This document shows positions 51,730-61,454 of a stretch of DNA of 64,000 nucleotides, one piece after another (the first letter of the stretch is position 1; every line of letters begins with the position of its first letter). A program made the translations under genes and the position numbers. This DNA comes from an uncultured Gemmatimonadales bacterium (GTDB taxonomy: Bacteria; Gemmatimonadota; Gemmatimonadetes; Gemmatimonadales; Gemmatimonadaceae). Location of the stretch: the NCBI GenBank assembly GCA_963851265.1, contig CAWKNZ010000002.1, forward strand, positions 1,600,001 to 1,664,000, written 5' to 3'. The notes beneath the pieces are model-generated. The model was not told the origin of the DNA. It worked only from the letters and a program-made list of their open reading frames with translations, and ran no database searches.

Positions 51730-54700
51730 GGTGCGGCGTTCAGGCGCCGGAAGTACTCGAGGACGAGCCGGCGCTCCTCGGGCGGCAGCGTGCGCAGCTC
51801 GTTCCACGTCGGCGGCGCGACTCGCGTGGCGGATCGGCCACGGGTGGCCCCGTCGGCCGGCGCGCCGTCCCCCACCGTCACCCCCGCGCGCGCCTGGCGC
51901 GGTCCCTGGTCGTCCTGCTCGTCGCGTTCGAGCGACTGCCCGGCCTCAAGGAGTTTGCGGTAGAGCTGCTGCTGGCGGGCGAGCGTCGCCGCATCGCGCG
52001 CCGCGCCGCCGGCGGCTTCGCGGTCAAGCGCAGCGGCGAGTGTACGCGCTTCGCGCGCGAGTTCGTCGCTGCGGCCGCTCGGGTCGCCGTCGCCCAGCTG
52101 TTCGAGCCGGTCCGCGATGGCGCGCTGCTGGTCGGCAAGGCGACGCGCGCCATCGCGACCGCCGCTCCCCTGGCCGGGTACGCGGGCGGCGCCCTGCCCT
52201 TCCCCGGGCTTGGCGCCCCGCCCCGTCTTGCCCTCCGCGCCCGCGCTCCCCGAACCGGGCTGGGGCAGGCCGAGCGACTGCGCGTTGAGCCGGGCCTGTT
52301 GTCCCGCGGCGGCCCGGAACTCGGCGAGCACGTCCTCGGCTCCGGCCGCGCTCGCCGCGTCGCGCACCCGCGCGCGGTCGCGCACGAGGGCCCCCGCGGC
52401 GCGCGCGAGCGCGTCCTGTGCGTCGGCCATCGCCGCGTCGGGATTCCGCCCGCCGCCGCGCGGCGCCCCGCCGCGCCCGAGCTCGCCGCCCGGCGTGCTG
52501 CCGCTCGGCGATCCGCCGCCACTCGGCGAGGCGCCAGACGCCGAGCCGCTCGGGGGTTCGCCGCCGGGAGACCCGCCGCCGGGTTGACCGCCCTGCGCGC
52601 CCCCCTGACGCTCGAGCGCGCGCGCCGCAGCGCCAACTTGCTGGCGCGCCTCGTCCATCGCGCGCCGCGTGCGCTCCGAAAGCAGCGCCGAGGTGCGCCC
52701 CGCCTGCGCGAGCCGGCGCGCGGTCTGCTCCACGCCGTCGCGCACGGCGGCCTCTGCGCTCCGCGCGCCAGCCGGGTCGGCGCCCGACCTCGCCGCCTCG
52801 CGCACCGCGGCCTGCTCGCGCGCGAGCTGCGCGGTCTCGCTCGCCGCGCGGTCGAGTTCCGCGCCTAACGCGGTCTTCCACGCATCGATCTGCGCCGCGC
52901 GCCCCTTTGCCAGCGCGTCCGCCGCCGCGCGCATCTCCGCCGACGCGGCCTGCGCGGACGCCTCCGCCCCGCCGTCGCCGCCGTCCTGGGCGCCGGACGG
53001 ACTCGCGCCGGACTGGTTCGCCCCAGGCTGATTCGAGCCAGGCTGATTCGAGCCAGGCTGACTCGCGCCCTTCGGCGCGCCGGACGCTTTCGCCGACGCC
53101 TGTGCGGCCGCACGCTGCATCGCCTGCGCCGACCTGGCCGCGTGGGAGTTGGCCTGCGCCGCCGCGGTCGCGCCCGCCGCGGCCTGCTCGCGGTTCAGCC
53201 GCGCGCGAAGCGAGTCGATCGCGTCGCGCACCGCGGTCGCGCGCGCGGCGGTCTGCGCCGGCGACTCGCCGGCAGTGCGCTCGGCGCGCGAGGCGGCCGA
53301 CTCCTGCCCGGCGCGCGGGACCGCACGCGCCTCGGCGGCCGCGACCTCGCGCGCCTCGTCACCCAACGTCTGCATCGCGCCCTCGAGCGCGGCGCGGCGT
53401 AGCACGTCGGCGGTGCGCTCCAGCCGCTCACGCAGCGCGCGCTGCGCTTCGGCCAACTGCTCCAACGTTTCGCGCGTCTGCGACGCGCTCATCCCGGCGC
53501 CGCCCTGCGCCATCGCGCCGAGCTTCGCTTCGAGTTCGGGGGTGAGCGCCTCGCGCAACATGCGGCGCGCGTCGGCCAGCTGCCGCGCGAGCGCCGTGTC
53601 GAGCGCGCCCGCCTGCTGCAGGCGCCGCTCGAGCGCCTCGGTCTGCGCGCGCGCGGCCGCCACCGTCGACGCGAGCTGCCGCTGTTGGGCGGCGAGGGCG
53701 CGCGCGCGCTCGGCCGCCTCGTAGCCTAACGGAGCACCCGCGGCGTTCGGCGGCGACCCCGCGGCGGCCTCGCCGCGCGCGGCCGCCGCACGCTCCGCGT
53801 CCGATCCGGCCGCGCGACTCGTCGGCGAGCTGCCCGCGGCGCCCGCGAACGCGCGGCTCCGCGCGGCCTCGGCCGTCCGCTGCTGCAGGTCGCGGGCGGC
53901 GGTGAGCGCGGCCGCGACGCCGGCGAGCGCGGAATCGCTCGTCGCCCGCGCCGCCGTGCGGAGCGCGGTCACGGTCGGTGCGGACAGCACGAGCGGCGCA
54001 CTCCAGCCGCGCTGCGCCCACGGCGACGCGTCGACGGCCTCGACGCGCACGACCGCCGTCTCGCCGGGGCCGATCCCGAGGCGCGCGGGGTCGACGGTGG
54101 CCGTGCCGCTCCACGCGGCGGTGATTCCCGCACCCGCGGCGAGCAGCACCGCCGGCGCGCCGGCGGCGGCCTCACGCCCGTCGGCCCCACGCCGCAACAC
54201 GTGCAGCCGCACGGAGGCGAGGCCGTGGTCGTCGCTCGCGGTGACCGCGACGGCCACGGGCGACGCGCCGTCGTACGCCGCCGTGCGCAGTGCGGCGGCA
54301 GCGACCGGCGCCGCGTCGGGCACCGCGACGACGACGAACGGCTCCGGAACGTCGACGGGGCCGCCGTCGCGTGCGACCGCGTCCCACGCGAGACGCACCG
54401 CACCGCCCGGCGTCCAGCGCACCGCGAGCGAGTCGCCATCGCGGGCCGCCGCGTACGCCGCGCCGCCGGCGACGAGCGCCGCGCGCGCGAGCGGCGCGGA
54501 CGCGTGCGCCCGCAGTTCGAGCACCGTCCCGCGCGGCACGCGCACCGTGTCGGACGGCGGAAGCTCCGCGTCGGGCACGCCGAGGTACACGGGGTAGACC
54601 GCGTGCAGCCGTACGCCGCCGACGAAGGCGCGGTCGTCGACCGCGACCCGGAGCGTGTCGGTGCGCGCGCGCCCATCGGTGGCCACCGCGGCGAGGTCCG

Positions 54701-55475
54701 CGTCGAGCGCGCCGATCGCGAACGCCGCGCGCCCGCGGGCGTCGGGCACCGCCTCGCGCGTCTCCCACCCGCGCCCCGCGACGCGCCACGCGAGCGCGAC
54801 GCGGCGGCGCCCCGGGGCGTCGAGCGTCAGCTGCACCGCGCGCCCGCGCGCGGTACGCGCGGGCGCGCCGACGAAGTGCAGCGGGGCGAGCAGCGTTCCG
54901 CGCGCCGCGTCCACCGGGTGCGCGAGCGCGGCCGCGCCGTCGTCCCACCGGCGCGCGCTCGCGACGAGCAGCGCGACCCCCGCGGCGAGGGCGACGCCGC
55001 CGCCGGCCGCGCCGCGAGCGAGTTCGCGCCGCCACGCCGGCGCGAGCGCGTCGGCGCGCGGCGAGAGCGCGGGCGCGAGCTGCGCCGCCGCGAACGCGCC
55101 CATCGTCCCGGCCCCGCCGACCTCGAGCGCGACGCGGAGCGCGCCCGCGCGGAGCGCGCGCTCGGCCTCCACGTGCCGCACCACCGCGTCGCGCGCGGTC
55201 GCGCGGCGCACCCGGCGCGCGGCCGCGGCCGCCCCCGCGGCGCCGAACGCGCCTAACGTCACCCAGCACAGGGCGGGCGCGGCCGCCGGCCCCGAGAGCC
55301 AGCGCCCGTCGCCGAGCGCCCAGACCGCGCCGGCTGCGACCACGGCCACGCCGGCGCCCGCGGCACCCACGCCGGCGACGCGCGCCAGGCGCACCGCGCC
55401 GGCACGCTCGCGCGCGACGCGGTCGGCCAGCGGCTCGGCCGCGATCGGGAGGAGTGGCCCGACGGCGGTGCTCAT
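51726..55475 (-). CDS. DUF4175-like large membrane-anchored coiled-coil protein
   Basis: N-terminal TM segments, beta-rich region (YPVYLG, VPRGT, ASDDHGL), long Q/A coiled coils, C-terminal PPEERRLVLEYFRRLN; ATG at 55475. Confidence 0.72.
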   Translation of the reverse strand: MSTAVGPLLPIAAEPLADRVARERAGAVRLARVAGVGAAGAGVAVVAAGAVWALGDGRWLSGPAAAPALCWVTLGAFGAAGAAAAARRVRRATARDAVVRHVEAERALRAGALRVALEVGGAGTMGAFAAAQLAPALSPRADALAPAWRRELARGAAGGGVALAAGVALLVASARRWDDGAAALAHPVDAARGTLLAPLHFVGAPARTARGRAVQLTLDAPGRRRVALAWRVAGRGWETREAVPDARGRAAFAIGALDADLAAVATDGRARTDTLRVAVDDRAFVGGVRLHAVYPVYLGVPDAELPPSDTVRVPRGTVLELRAHASAPLARAALVAGGAAYAAARDGDSLAVRWTPGGAVRLAWDAVARDGGPVDVPEPFVVVAVPDAAPVAAAALRTAAYDGASPVAVAVTASDDHGLASVRLHVLRRGADGREAAAGAPAVLLAAGAGITAAWSGTATVDPARLGIGPGETAVVRVEAVDASPWAQRGWSAPLVLSAPTVTALRTAARATSDSALAGVAAALTAARDLQQRTAEAARSRAFAGAAGSSPTSRAAGSDAERAAAARGEAAAGSPPNAAGAPLGYEAAERARALAAQQRQLASTVAAARAQTEALERRLQQAGALDTALARQLADARRMLREALTPELEAKLGAMAQGGAGMSASQTRETLEQLAEAQRALRERLERTADVLRRAALEGAMQTLGDEAREVAAAEARAVPRAGQESAASRAERTAGESPAQTAARATAVRDAIDSLRARLNREQAAAGATAAAQANSHAARSAQAMQRAAAQASAKASGAPKGASQPGSNQPGSNQPGANQSGASPSGAQDGGDGGAEASAQAASAEMRAAADALAKGRAAQIDAWKTALGAELDRAASETAQLAREQAAVREAARSGADPAGARSAEAAVRDGVEQTARRLAQAGRTSALLSERTRRAMDEARQQVGAAARALERQGGAQGGQPGGGSPGGEPPSGSASGASPSGGGSPSGSTPGGELGRGGAPRGGGRNPDAAMADAQDALARAAGALVRDRARVRDAASAAGAEDVLAEFRAAAGQQARLNAQSLGLPQPGSGSAGAEGKTGRGAKPGEGQGAARVPGQGSGGRDGARRLADQQRAIADRLEQLGDGDPSGRSDELAREARTLAAALDREAAGGAARDAATLARQQQLYRKLLEAGQSLERDEQDDQGPRQARAGVTVGDGAPADGATRGRSATRVAPPTWNELRTLPPEERRLVLEYFRRLNAAP
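53023..53061. repeat. 15-bp tandem repeat (2.6 copies) inside the DUF4175-like gene
   Basis: CCAGGCTGATTCGAG twice plus CCAGGCTGA, encoding SQPGSNQPGSNQPG. Confidence 0.85.
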
Positions 55476-56185
55476 CCCGATCGCGCCGTCACGGCATACA
55501 CGAACAGGTTCACCCCCATGCGCAGCGCCTGCTCGTGCAGGGCCGGCGGGTCGCCCGGATACGTGCCCACGTTCTCCCAGCCGTTGCCGAGGTCGCACTC
55601 GACCGTGTAGAACACCGCCAGCCGGTCGCCGACGAAGATGCCGTACCCGCGAGCCGGCTTGCCGTCGTGCTCGTGGATCTTGGGCAGGCCGCGCGGGAAG
55701 TCGTAGACGAGGTGGTAGATCGGGTGCGTGCGCGGCACCTCGACGAGCGGACGGTCGGGAAAGACGCGCGCGATCTCGCGGCGGAAGCTCGCGTCCATGC
55801 CGTAGTTGTCGTCGGCGTGCAGGAATCCGCCCCGCAACAGGTACTCGCGCAGCCGCGCGACGTCGCCCGGGCTGAATTTCACCTCGCCGTGCCCGGTCAT
55901 GTGCAGGTACGGGTAGTCCCACAGGCGGTCGTCGTCGAGACGCACGCGCGCCTCGGCCGGCGCGGGGCGCAGCGTCGTGCGCTCACGCACGGCGGCGAGC
56001 AGGTTGGGCAGACTCGACGGGTTGGCGTACCAGTCTCCGCCGCCGTCGTACTGCAGGCGCGCGATCGTGAGGGGGGGCGGTGACACCGAGCGCAGCGCGG
56101 CCGGCGGCGTGGCCGACGCGCCCGCATACAGCGCGGCACCGGCGAGCACCACGCCGCGCGCGCGCCGGCCCGCGGCCGCACCCAC
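55472..56185 (-). CDS. DUF4159-domain protein
   Basis: IARLQYDGGGDWY, YPYLHMTGHG, LREYLLRGGFLHADDNYG, HPIYH, DLGNGWE, ALRMGVNLFVYA; start approximate. Confidence 0.88.
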   Translation of the reverse strand: MGAAAGRRARGVVLAGAALYAGASATPPAALRSVSPPPLTIARLQYDGGGDWYANPSSLPNLLAAVRERTTLRPAPAEARVRLDDDRLWDYPYLHMTGHGEVKFSPGDVARLREYLLRGGFLHADDNYGMDASFRREIARVFPDRPLVEVPRTHPIYHLVYDFPRGLPKIHEHDGKPARGYGIFVGDRLAVFYTVECDLGNGWENVGTYPGDPPALHEQALRMGVNLFVYAVTARSG

Positions 56186-56189
56186 CTGC

Positions 56190-57104
56190 CTAACGCTCGC
56201 CCACGCCCGCCGCCGACCGATCGACCCCACGATCCTCCCCGCGTTCTTCCTGCGTGATCCGGTACGCCGCATTCCGCCCGATGCCGAACGCCTCCGCCAA
56301 CGCCTGCGCCGCGGCGCGGGGCGGCGTGCCGCCCGTGAGGAGCGCGCGCGCCCGCTCCCGCACCGCCGCCTCGTCGATCGCGTCGTGCGCGGCGGTCGCG
56401 GGGCGCCCCGCGACTACCAGCACGACCTCGCCGCGCGGCGCGGTGGTGCCGTGATACGCCGCGAGTTCGCCGAGCGTTCCCCGCCGGATCTCCTCGTACT
56501 GTTTGGTCAGCTCGCGGGCGACCGCGGCCGGGCGATCCGCGCCGCAGGCCTCCGCGAGGTCCGCGAGGGTGTCGGGCACCCGGCCCGGCGCCTCGTACAC
56601 GATGGTGGTGTACGGCGACGCGGCGATCGCGGCGAGGTCTGCCGTCCGTTCGCGCCCCCGTCGCGCGAGGAACCCGAAGAACGTGAACCGCTCGGCGTCG
56701 AGCCCGCTCGCCACGAGCGCGGCGAGCAACGCCGACGCGCCCGGCAGCGGCACGACGGCCACGCCACCGGCGATTGCGGCCGCGACGAGCCGCGCGCCGG
56801 GGTCCGACAGGAGGGGCGTGCCCGCATCCGAGACGAGCGCGAACGTCTCGCCGGCGACCAGCCGCGCGACGAGTCCCTCGCTTCGGCGCGCTTCGTTGTG
56901 CTCGTGCACCGACAACGTCGGCGCGCGGGAGCCCAGGTGGTCGAGCAGGCGTCGCGAGTGTCGCGTGTCCTCGCACAGTACCGCGTCGGCCGTCCGCAAC
57001 ACCTCGGCCGCGCGCGCCGTGATGTCGCCGAGGTTGCCGATCGGCGTCGAGACGAGGAAGAGCGTGCCTCGCGCGGTGGCGCCGGGTGGCGCGGTGCCCG
57101 ACAT
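56190..57104 (-). CDS. rsmI: 16S rRNA (cytidine1402-2'-O)-methyltransferase
   Basis: LVSTPIGNLGDIT, CEDTR, VSDAGTP..SDPG, YEAP.R, RELTK.YEE, RGEVV. Confidence 0.96.
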   Translation of the reverse strand: MSGTAPPGATARGTLFLVSTPIGNLGDITARAAEVLRTADAVLCEDTRHSRRLLDHLGSRAPTLSVHEHNEARRSEGLVARLVAGETFALVSDAGTPLLSDPGARLVAAAIAGGVAVVPLPGASALLAALVASGLDAERFTFFGFLARRGRERTADLAAIAASPYTTIVYEAPGRVPDTLADLAEACGADRPAAVARELTKQYEEIRRGTLGELAAYHGTTAPRGEVVLVVAGRPATAAHDAIDEAAVRERARALLTGGTPPRAAAQALAEAFGIGRNAAYRITQEERGEDRGVDRSAAGVGER

Positions 57105-57228
57105 ACCCTCGCAACATACGCGACCGCGCGGGCCGAAATGCAGCGAGGGCGGGGCGGCCCGGTGCGCGAACGCACCGGACTGCCCCGCCCTCGCACCCGC
57201 GCCACGACCGCGGGCGGGAGACTCGGCC

Positions 57229-57555
57229 TTACGCCGCGTGCTGCTTGAACTTCGCTTCGAGCGCCGACTTGGGCACCGCGCCGACGACCGTGTCGACCAC
57301 TTTTCCGCCCTTGAAGAACAGGATCTGCGGGATCGACCGGATGTTGAACTTCATCGCCGTCTGCTGATTGCTGTCGACGTCGAGCTTGAGCACCTTCGCC
57401 TTGCCGTCGTATTCCTGGGCGAGCTGGTCGACGACCGGCGAGATCATGCGGCACGGCCCGCACCACGTCGCCCAGAAGTCGACGACGGTGAGTCCGTCGT
57501 GCTGCTCGACTTCGCTCTGGAAGTCGGCGTCGGTCACTGCGTTCACGTTCGCCAT
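57229..57555 (-). CDS. trxA: Thioredoxin
   Basis: VVDFWATWCGPCRMI, IRSIP; ATG at 57555 with GAGGAA upstream. Confidence 0.97.
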   Translation of the reverse strand: MANVNAVTDADFQSEVEQHDGLTVVDFWATWCGPCRMISPVVDQLAQEYDGKAKVLKLDVDSNQQTAMKFNIRSIPQILFFKGGKVVDTVVGAVPKSALEAKFKQHAA

Positions 57556-57651
57556 GCTGTTCCTCGCAGGCCCACGTCGGCCTGCCGTCGTCGGGGGCCT
57601 CGCGGCCCGGTGACTTACCTTGAGTGCGACCACGCGCCCGTTTCGACGCCC

Positions 57652-58140
57652 ATGACCGCTCCGAATCCTACGTCTGATACCCCGCCGCCCGCGGCAAGTG
57701 CGCCCGCGGCCGACGTCACAGAAAAAAACACGAACCCGCCGGCCGCGCGCGGCACGCGCATCGCGCACGTCGGCATCGCCGTCGAGAGCCTCGCGGGGAT
57801 TGTGCCCCTGTACCGCGACGTGCTCGGAATGTCCGAGGTGCCGCTCGACGACGCCGACGGCGCCCGCATCGCGGCCGTGGCCGCCGGCGAGTCGCTCGTC
57901 GAGCTGCTGGAGCCGGCCGAGCCCGGATCGCCGATCGGCAAGTTCATCGCCAGGCGCGGGCCCGGGATTCATCACGTCTGCTTCGCCGTCGACGACCTCG
58001 ACGCGGCACTCGCACGCTGCCGCGCCGCCGGCGTCCGCCTCGTCGACGAGGTGCCGCGGCTCGGCGCAGAAGGCAAGCGCATCGCGTTCCTCCACCCGAG
58101 CGCGACCGGGGGCGTGCTGGTCGAACTGAGCGAGCACTGA
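57652..58140 (+). CDS. mce: Methylmalonyl-CoA epimerase (VOC family)
   Basis: IAHVGIAV, VELLEP, GPGIHHVCFAV, FLHPSATGGVLVEL. Confidence 0.9.
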   Translation: MTAPNPTSDTPPPAASAPAADVTEKNTNPPAARGTRIAHVGIAVESLAGIVPLYRDVLGMSEVPLDDADGARIAAVAAGESLVELLEPAEPGSPIGKFIARRGPGIHHVCFAVDDLDAALARCRAAGVRLVDEVPRLGAEGKRIAFLHPSATGGVLVELSEH

Positions 58141-58206
58141 ACGAGACTGGCGCGGCGGGTGCGCGGCCGAGCCCGCACCCGCCCTGTCGTCTCGCCTCAC
58201 TTCACC

Positions 58207-58716
58207 TCACCGCGGGCGGCAGAGGTCGCTCACCGCGTCGATGTCGAACGCCTGCACGAACCACCGGTTGCCCGGCCCCGATACCACGGTGAAGCGCGTC
58301 TGCCGCACGAGCTCGCGCTGGCGCAACTCGACCGTCACCGTGCGGTCACCCGTCGAGCCGATGCCGGGGACGTCGCCGAGCACGCGGGCGGAGTCGTGGG
58401 CGAGATAGCAGGCGAGGGCGATCATCCGCTTCTCGACGTCGGGCGCCGGATCGCGCACCGTCGTGGGCCCGGCGCGCGTGCCGAAGTACCCGCTCATCGT
58501 CCGCGCGTCCGCGGTCTGCGCCCCGCGGAGGAATCCCTCGACGGCGATCGTACTCGTCGCCCCACCCGGTCCGGCCGCGGGGGCGGCGACTGGCTGCGGT
58601 GAGGGGCGCGGCGGCGTACTCGAGCAGGCCGCGATGGTCGCGCTCGCGAAGACGACCGCGGCAGCAGTCACCCCGGTGGATCGGACGAGTATGTTTCCCA
58701 ACGTGTGCCCGGGCAT
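58207..58716 (-). CDS. Hypothetical lipoprotein (possibly NTF2-like)
   Basis: IAACSS lipobox; VEGFLRGA...[17 protein letters not shown]. Confidence 0.7.
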   Translation of the reverse strand: MPGHTLGNILVRSTGVTAAAVVFASATIAACSSTPPRPSPQPVAAPAAGPGGATSTIAVEGFLRGAQTADARTMSGYFGTRAGPTTVRDPAPDVEKRMIALACYLAHDSARVLGDVPGIGSTGDRTVTVELRQRELVRQTRFTVVSGPGNRWFVQAFDIDAVSDLCRPR

Positions 58717-58851
58717 GAGGTCGGGCGCGCGCCCCGGCCGGACGCACGACGCGGCGCGCAAGCTAGCGCGCCGCACCGGGCCGGTGCGGCGCCGACCGAC
58801 GCCCGGCGCCCGCCCGTTCCGCGCTTTCATCCGCCACCCGTCGCCTCGCGC

Positions 58852-59646
58852 ATGTCCGACGCACAGCCCCAACGGCCCGCCCCGCTGCCGTACCAGCGGC
58901 TGTACGTCAACATCGATCACGTCGCGACACTCCGGCAGGCGCGCCGCGGCGACGAGCCCGACCCGGTGGCCGCCGCGCGGGTGTGTGAGGACGCCGGCGC
59001 GGACGGGATTACGGTGCACCTGCGCGAGGACCGGCGTCACATCCAAGACGACGACGTCGAACGCCTGGCGCCCGTGGTGCGCACCGTGCTCAATCTCGAG
59101 ATGGCGGCGACCGACGAGATGGTCGCGCTCGCCCTGCGTCTGCGGCCGCACCAGGTGACGATCGTGCCGGAACGACGCGAGGAAGTGACGACCGAAGGCG
59201 GGCTCGACGTGCGACGCGGCGGCGACCGCCTCGCGCGCCACGTCGCGACGCTCGTCGACGCCGGGGTGCGCACGAGCCTGTTCATCGCGCCGGACGATGA
59301 CACGGTGCGCGCGACGGCCGACCTCGGAGTCGCCGCCGTCGAATTGCACACCGGCCCGTACGCCCACGCGCCGCAGGACCCCGCCACCCGAAATGCGCTC
59401 GCGGCCGCGTCGTCGCTCGCGGCGTCGCGCGGGCTGGCGGTGCACGCGGGACACGGACTCACGGCCGACAACGTCGGCCCGGTCGCGGTGATCGCCGAAG
59501 TCGAGGAGCTGAACATCGGGCACTCGATCGTGAGCCGTGCCGTCTTCGTCGGGCTCGCCGAGAGCGTGCGGGCCGTGCGCGCCGCGATGGACAGGGCCCG
59601 CGCCGGCGCGCCGACCGCCGGTTTCGAGGCGTTGCACCGGGGATGA
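58852..59646 (+). CDS. pdxJ: Pyridoxine 5'-phosphate synthase
   Basis: [53 protein letters not shown]. Confidence 0.97.
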   Translation: MSDAQPQRPAPLPYQRLYVNIDHVATLRQARRGDEPDPVAAARVCEDAGADGITVHLREDRRHIQDDDVERLAPVVRTVLNLEMAATDEMVALALRLRPHQVTIVPERREEVTTEGGLDVRRGGDRLARHVATLVDAGVRTSLFIAPDDDTVRATADLGVAAVELHTGPYAHAPQDPATRNALAAASSLAASRGLAVHAGHGLTADNVGPVAVIAEVEELNIGHSIVSRAVFVGLAESVRAVRAAMDRARAGAPTAGFEALHRG

Positions 59647-60434
59647 CGCACGGCGCCCCGCCCGAGCCCGGGACCGACGCCCGCGTGGTGCCGATCCGCA
59701 CCCTCGCCTACGACGGCGACACCGCGTTCGTCGTCGAGCGTGCGAGCGACCCGCCGGCGACGGCCGCCGGGCGGTTCCGCGCGGCGTCGGCGCCGGTGGC
59801 CGCCCGCGTGGCCGAACAGCTGCGCGTCGCGCGCGACCTGCTCGCGACGCCGGGTCTCGACGCCGGTGCGCGCGCGGCCGTCGGCCGCGGCCTGCGCGCG
59901 GCGGTCGCCGAGTTGCGCGAGTTGGCGGAGAGCTACGACGTCGCCCCCGTGGCCGACGTCTGCCGCGCGCGCGAGGGCGGCGCGGAATCGCTCGATCCGC
60001 GCGCGGTCGCCGGTCTCGAACACGTCGCCCACGGCCTGCTCGACGCGATGGCGGCGGCTCCGGCACGCGACACGCCCGAGGCGCCCGACGCCGCGCCCGA
60101 CGCACTCGTGCCGCCCGACGCCGCGCCGCGGTCCGCCCCGGCGTTCCGGCCGCCGACCGGGCCCGCGCTCGTCGAACTGCTCGAGCACGGCATCACCGGA
60201 CTCGAGAAGTGGCCGGGCACGCCGCTCGACATGCCGGCCGTTCCGGCGCACCCCGCCGCGCCGGCCGCCGACGCGATCGTGTCGATCGAGGCGCTCTGCT
60301 ATCGGGGGCGCGCCGCGCTCGACCGCGCGCGCGAGGTTCGCGACGTGCTCCGATCGGCGCCGGGCGGCGGCGCACCCGACCCGGAACTCCTCGCCGAGCT
60401 GTTCGACCTGCTCGACCTCGCCGCGACGGACTGA
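59643..60434 (+). CDS. Hypothetical protein
   Basis: ATGA overlap with pdxJ; helical C-terminus [20 protein letters not shown]...ELFDLLDLA. Confidence 0.65.
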   Translation: MTHGAPPEPGTDARVVPIRTLAYDGDTAFVVERASDPPATAAGRFRAASAPVAARVAEQLRVARDLLATPGLDAGARAAVGRGLRAAVAELRELAESYDVAPVADVCRAREGGAESLDPRAVAGLEHVAHGLLDAMAAAPARDTPEAPDAAPDALVPPDAAPRSAPAFRPPTGPALVELLEHGITGLEKWPGTPLDMPAVPAHPAAPAADAIVSIEALCYRGRAALDRAREVRDVLRSAPGGGAPDPELLAELFDLLDLAATD

Positions 60435-60440
60435 CCCGAC

Positions 60441-61454
60441 GTGCGGCTCGACTGGAAGGCGGGGCTGGGCATCGCGCTGAGCGCGGTGCTCCTGTGGTGG
60501 ACCCTTCACGACATCGACTTCGCGGTGGTGTTGGACGTGCTGCGCGCGTCCAACCCGTGGCTCTGGCTCGCGTCGACCGTCGCGGCGACGCTCATCTTCC
60601 CGGTTCGCGCGCGCCGCTGGCGCACGATCCTCGACCCCGTCGTGCCGGCGCTGCCCTTCCGCCCGCTCTGGCGCGCGACCGCCGTCGGCATGATGGTGAA
60701 CAACGTCGCGCCCGCGCGCGCCGGCGAGATCGCGCGCGTCGCCACGCTCGTCCGCGAGCGCCCGGACGTGCCGTTCACCGCGGCCCTCGCCTCGCTCGCC
60801 GTCGACCGCGCGTTCGACGCGATCGTCCTGCTGCTGCTGCTCTTCGTCGCGCCGCTCGACCCGGCCTTCCCGCGCGGCGTGCGCCTCTACGGCCAGTCGG
60901 TCCCCGCGCTCGCGTTGGGCACGACGGTGCTCACCGTCGTCCTGATCGCCGGCCTGTACGCGCTGGTCATGGCGCCGGACGGCTTCGCGCGCCTGCTGGC
61001 GCGCGCCACGCGCCGGCTCGCGCCGCGCTGGGAGGCGCGCGGGACGGCGGCGGTGCGCAGCTTCGCCGACGGCCTCGGCGTCCTGCGCGACCCGCGGCGG
61101 TTCGCGGCGGTGTTCGCGTGGAGCCTCGCGCACTGGCTGCTCTGCGCGTGGTCGGTGTGGGTGGGGTTCCGCGCGGTGGGGATCACCGCCCCGTTCTCCG
61201 CCGCGCTCTTCCTCAACAGCCTGCTCAGCGTCGCCTCGGCCGTCCCCGCGTCGCCGGGCTTCTTCGGCCTGTTCGAGAGCGTGTCGCGCGTGGGCCTGGC
61301 CGTCTACGGCGTGCCGGCCGCACTCGCCGTGAGCTGGGCGTTAGGCTACCACGTGCTCACGTTCATTCCGATCACCGTGCTCGGCTTCGTCCACCTCGCG
61401 CAACTCGGCCTCACGCTCCACCAGGTCGCGGACGCCGCGGGGTCCCCCGCGTGA
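60441..61454 (+). CDS. Lysylphosphatidylglycerol-synthase-TM/flippase-like membrane protein (UPF0104)
   Basis: RARRWRTIL, NNVAPARAGEIAR, DRAFD, PASPGFFGLFE; multiple TM segments. Confidence 0.88.
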   Translation: MRLDWKAGLGIALSAVLLWWTLHDIDFAVVLDVLRASNPWLWLASTVAATLIFPVRARRWRTILDPVVPALPFRPLWRATAVGMMVNNVAPARAGEIARVATLVRERPDVPFTAALASLAVDRAFDAIVLLLLLFVAPLDPAFPRGVRLYGQSVPALALGTTVLTVVLIAGLYALVMAPDGFARLLARATRRLAPRWEARGTAAVRSFADGLGVLRDPRRFAAVFAWSLAHWLLCAWSVWVGFRAVGITAPFSAALFLNSLLSVASAVPASPGFFGLFESVSRVGLAVYGVPAALAVSWALGYHVLTFIPITVLGFVHLAQLGLTLHQVADAAGSPA

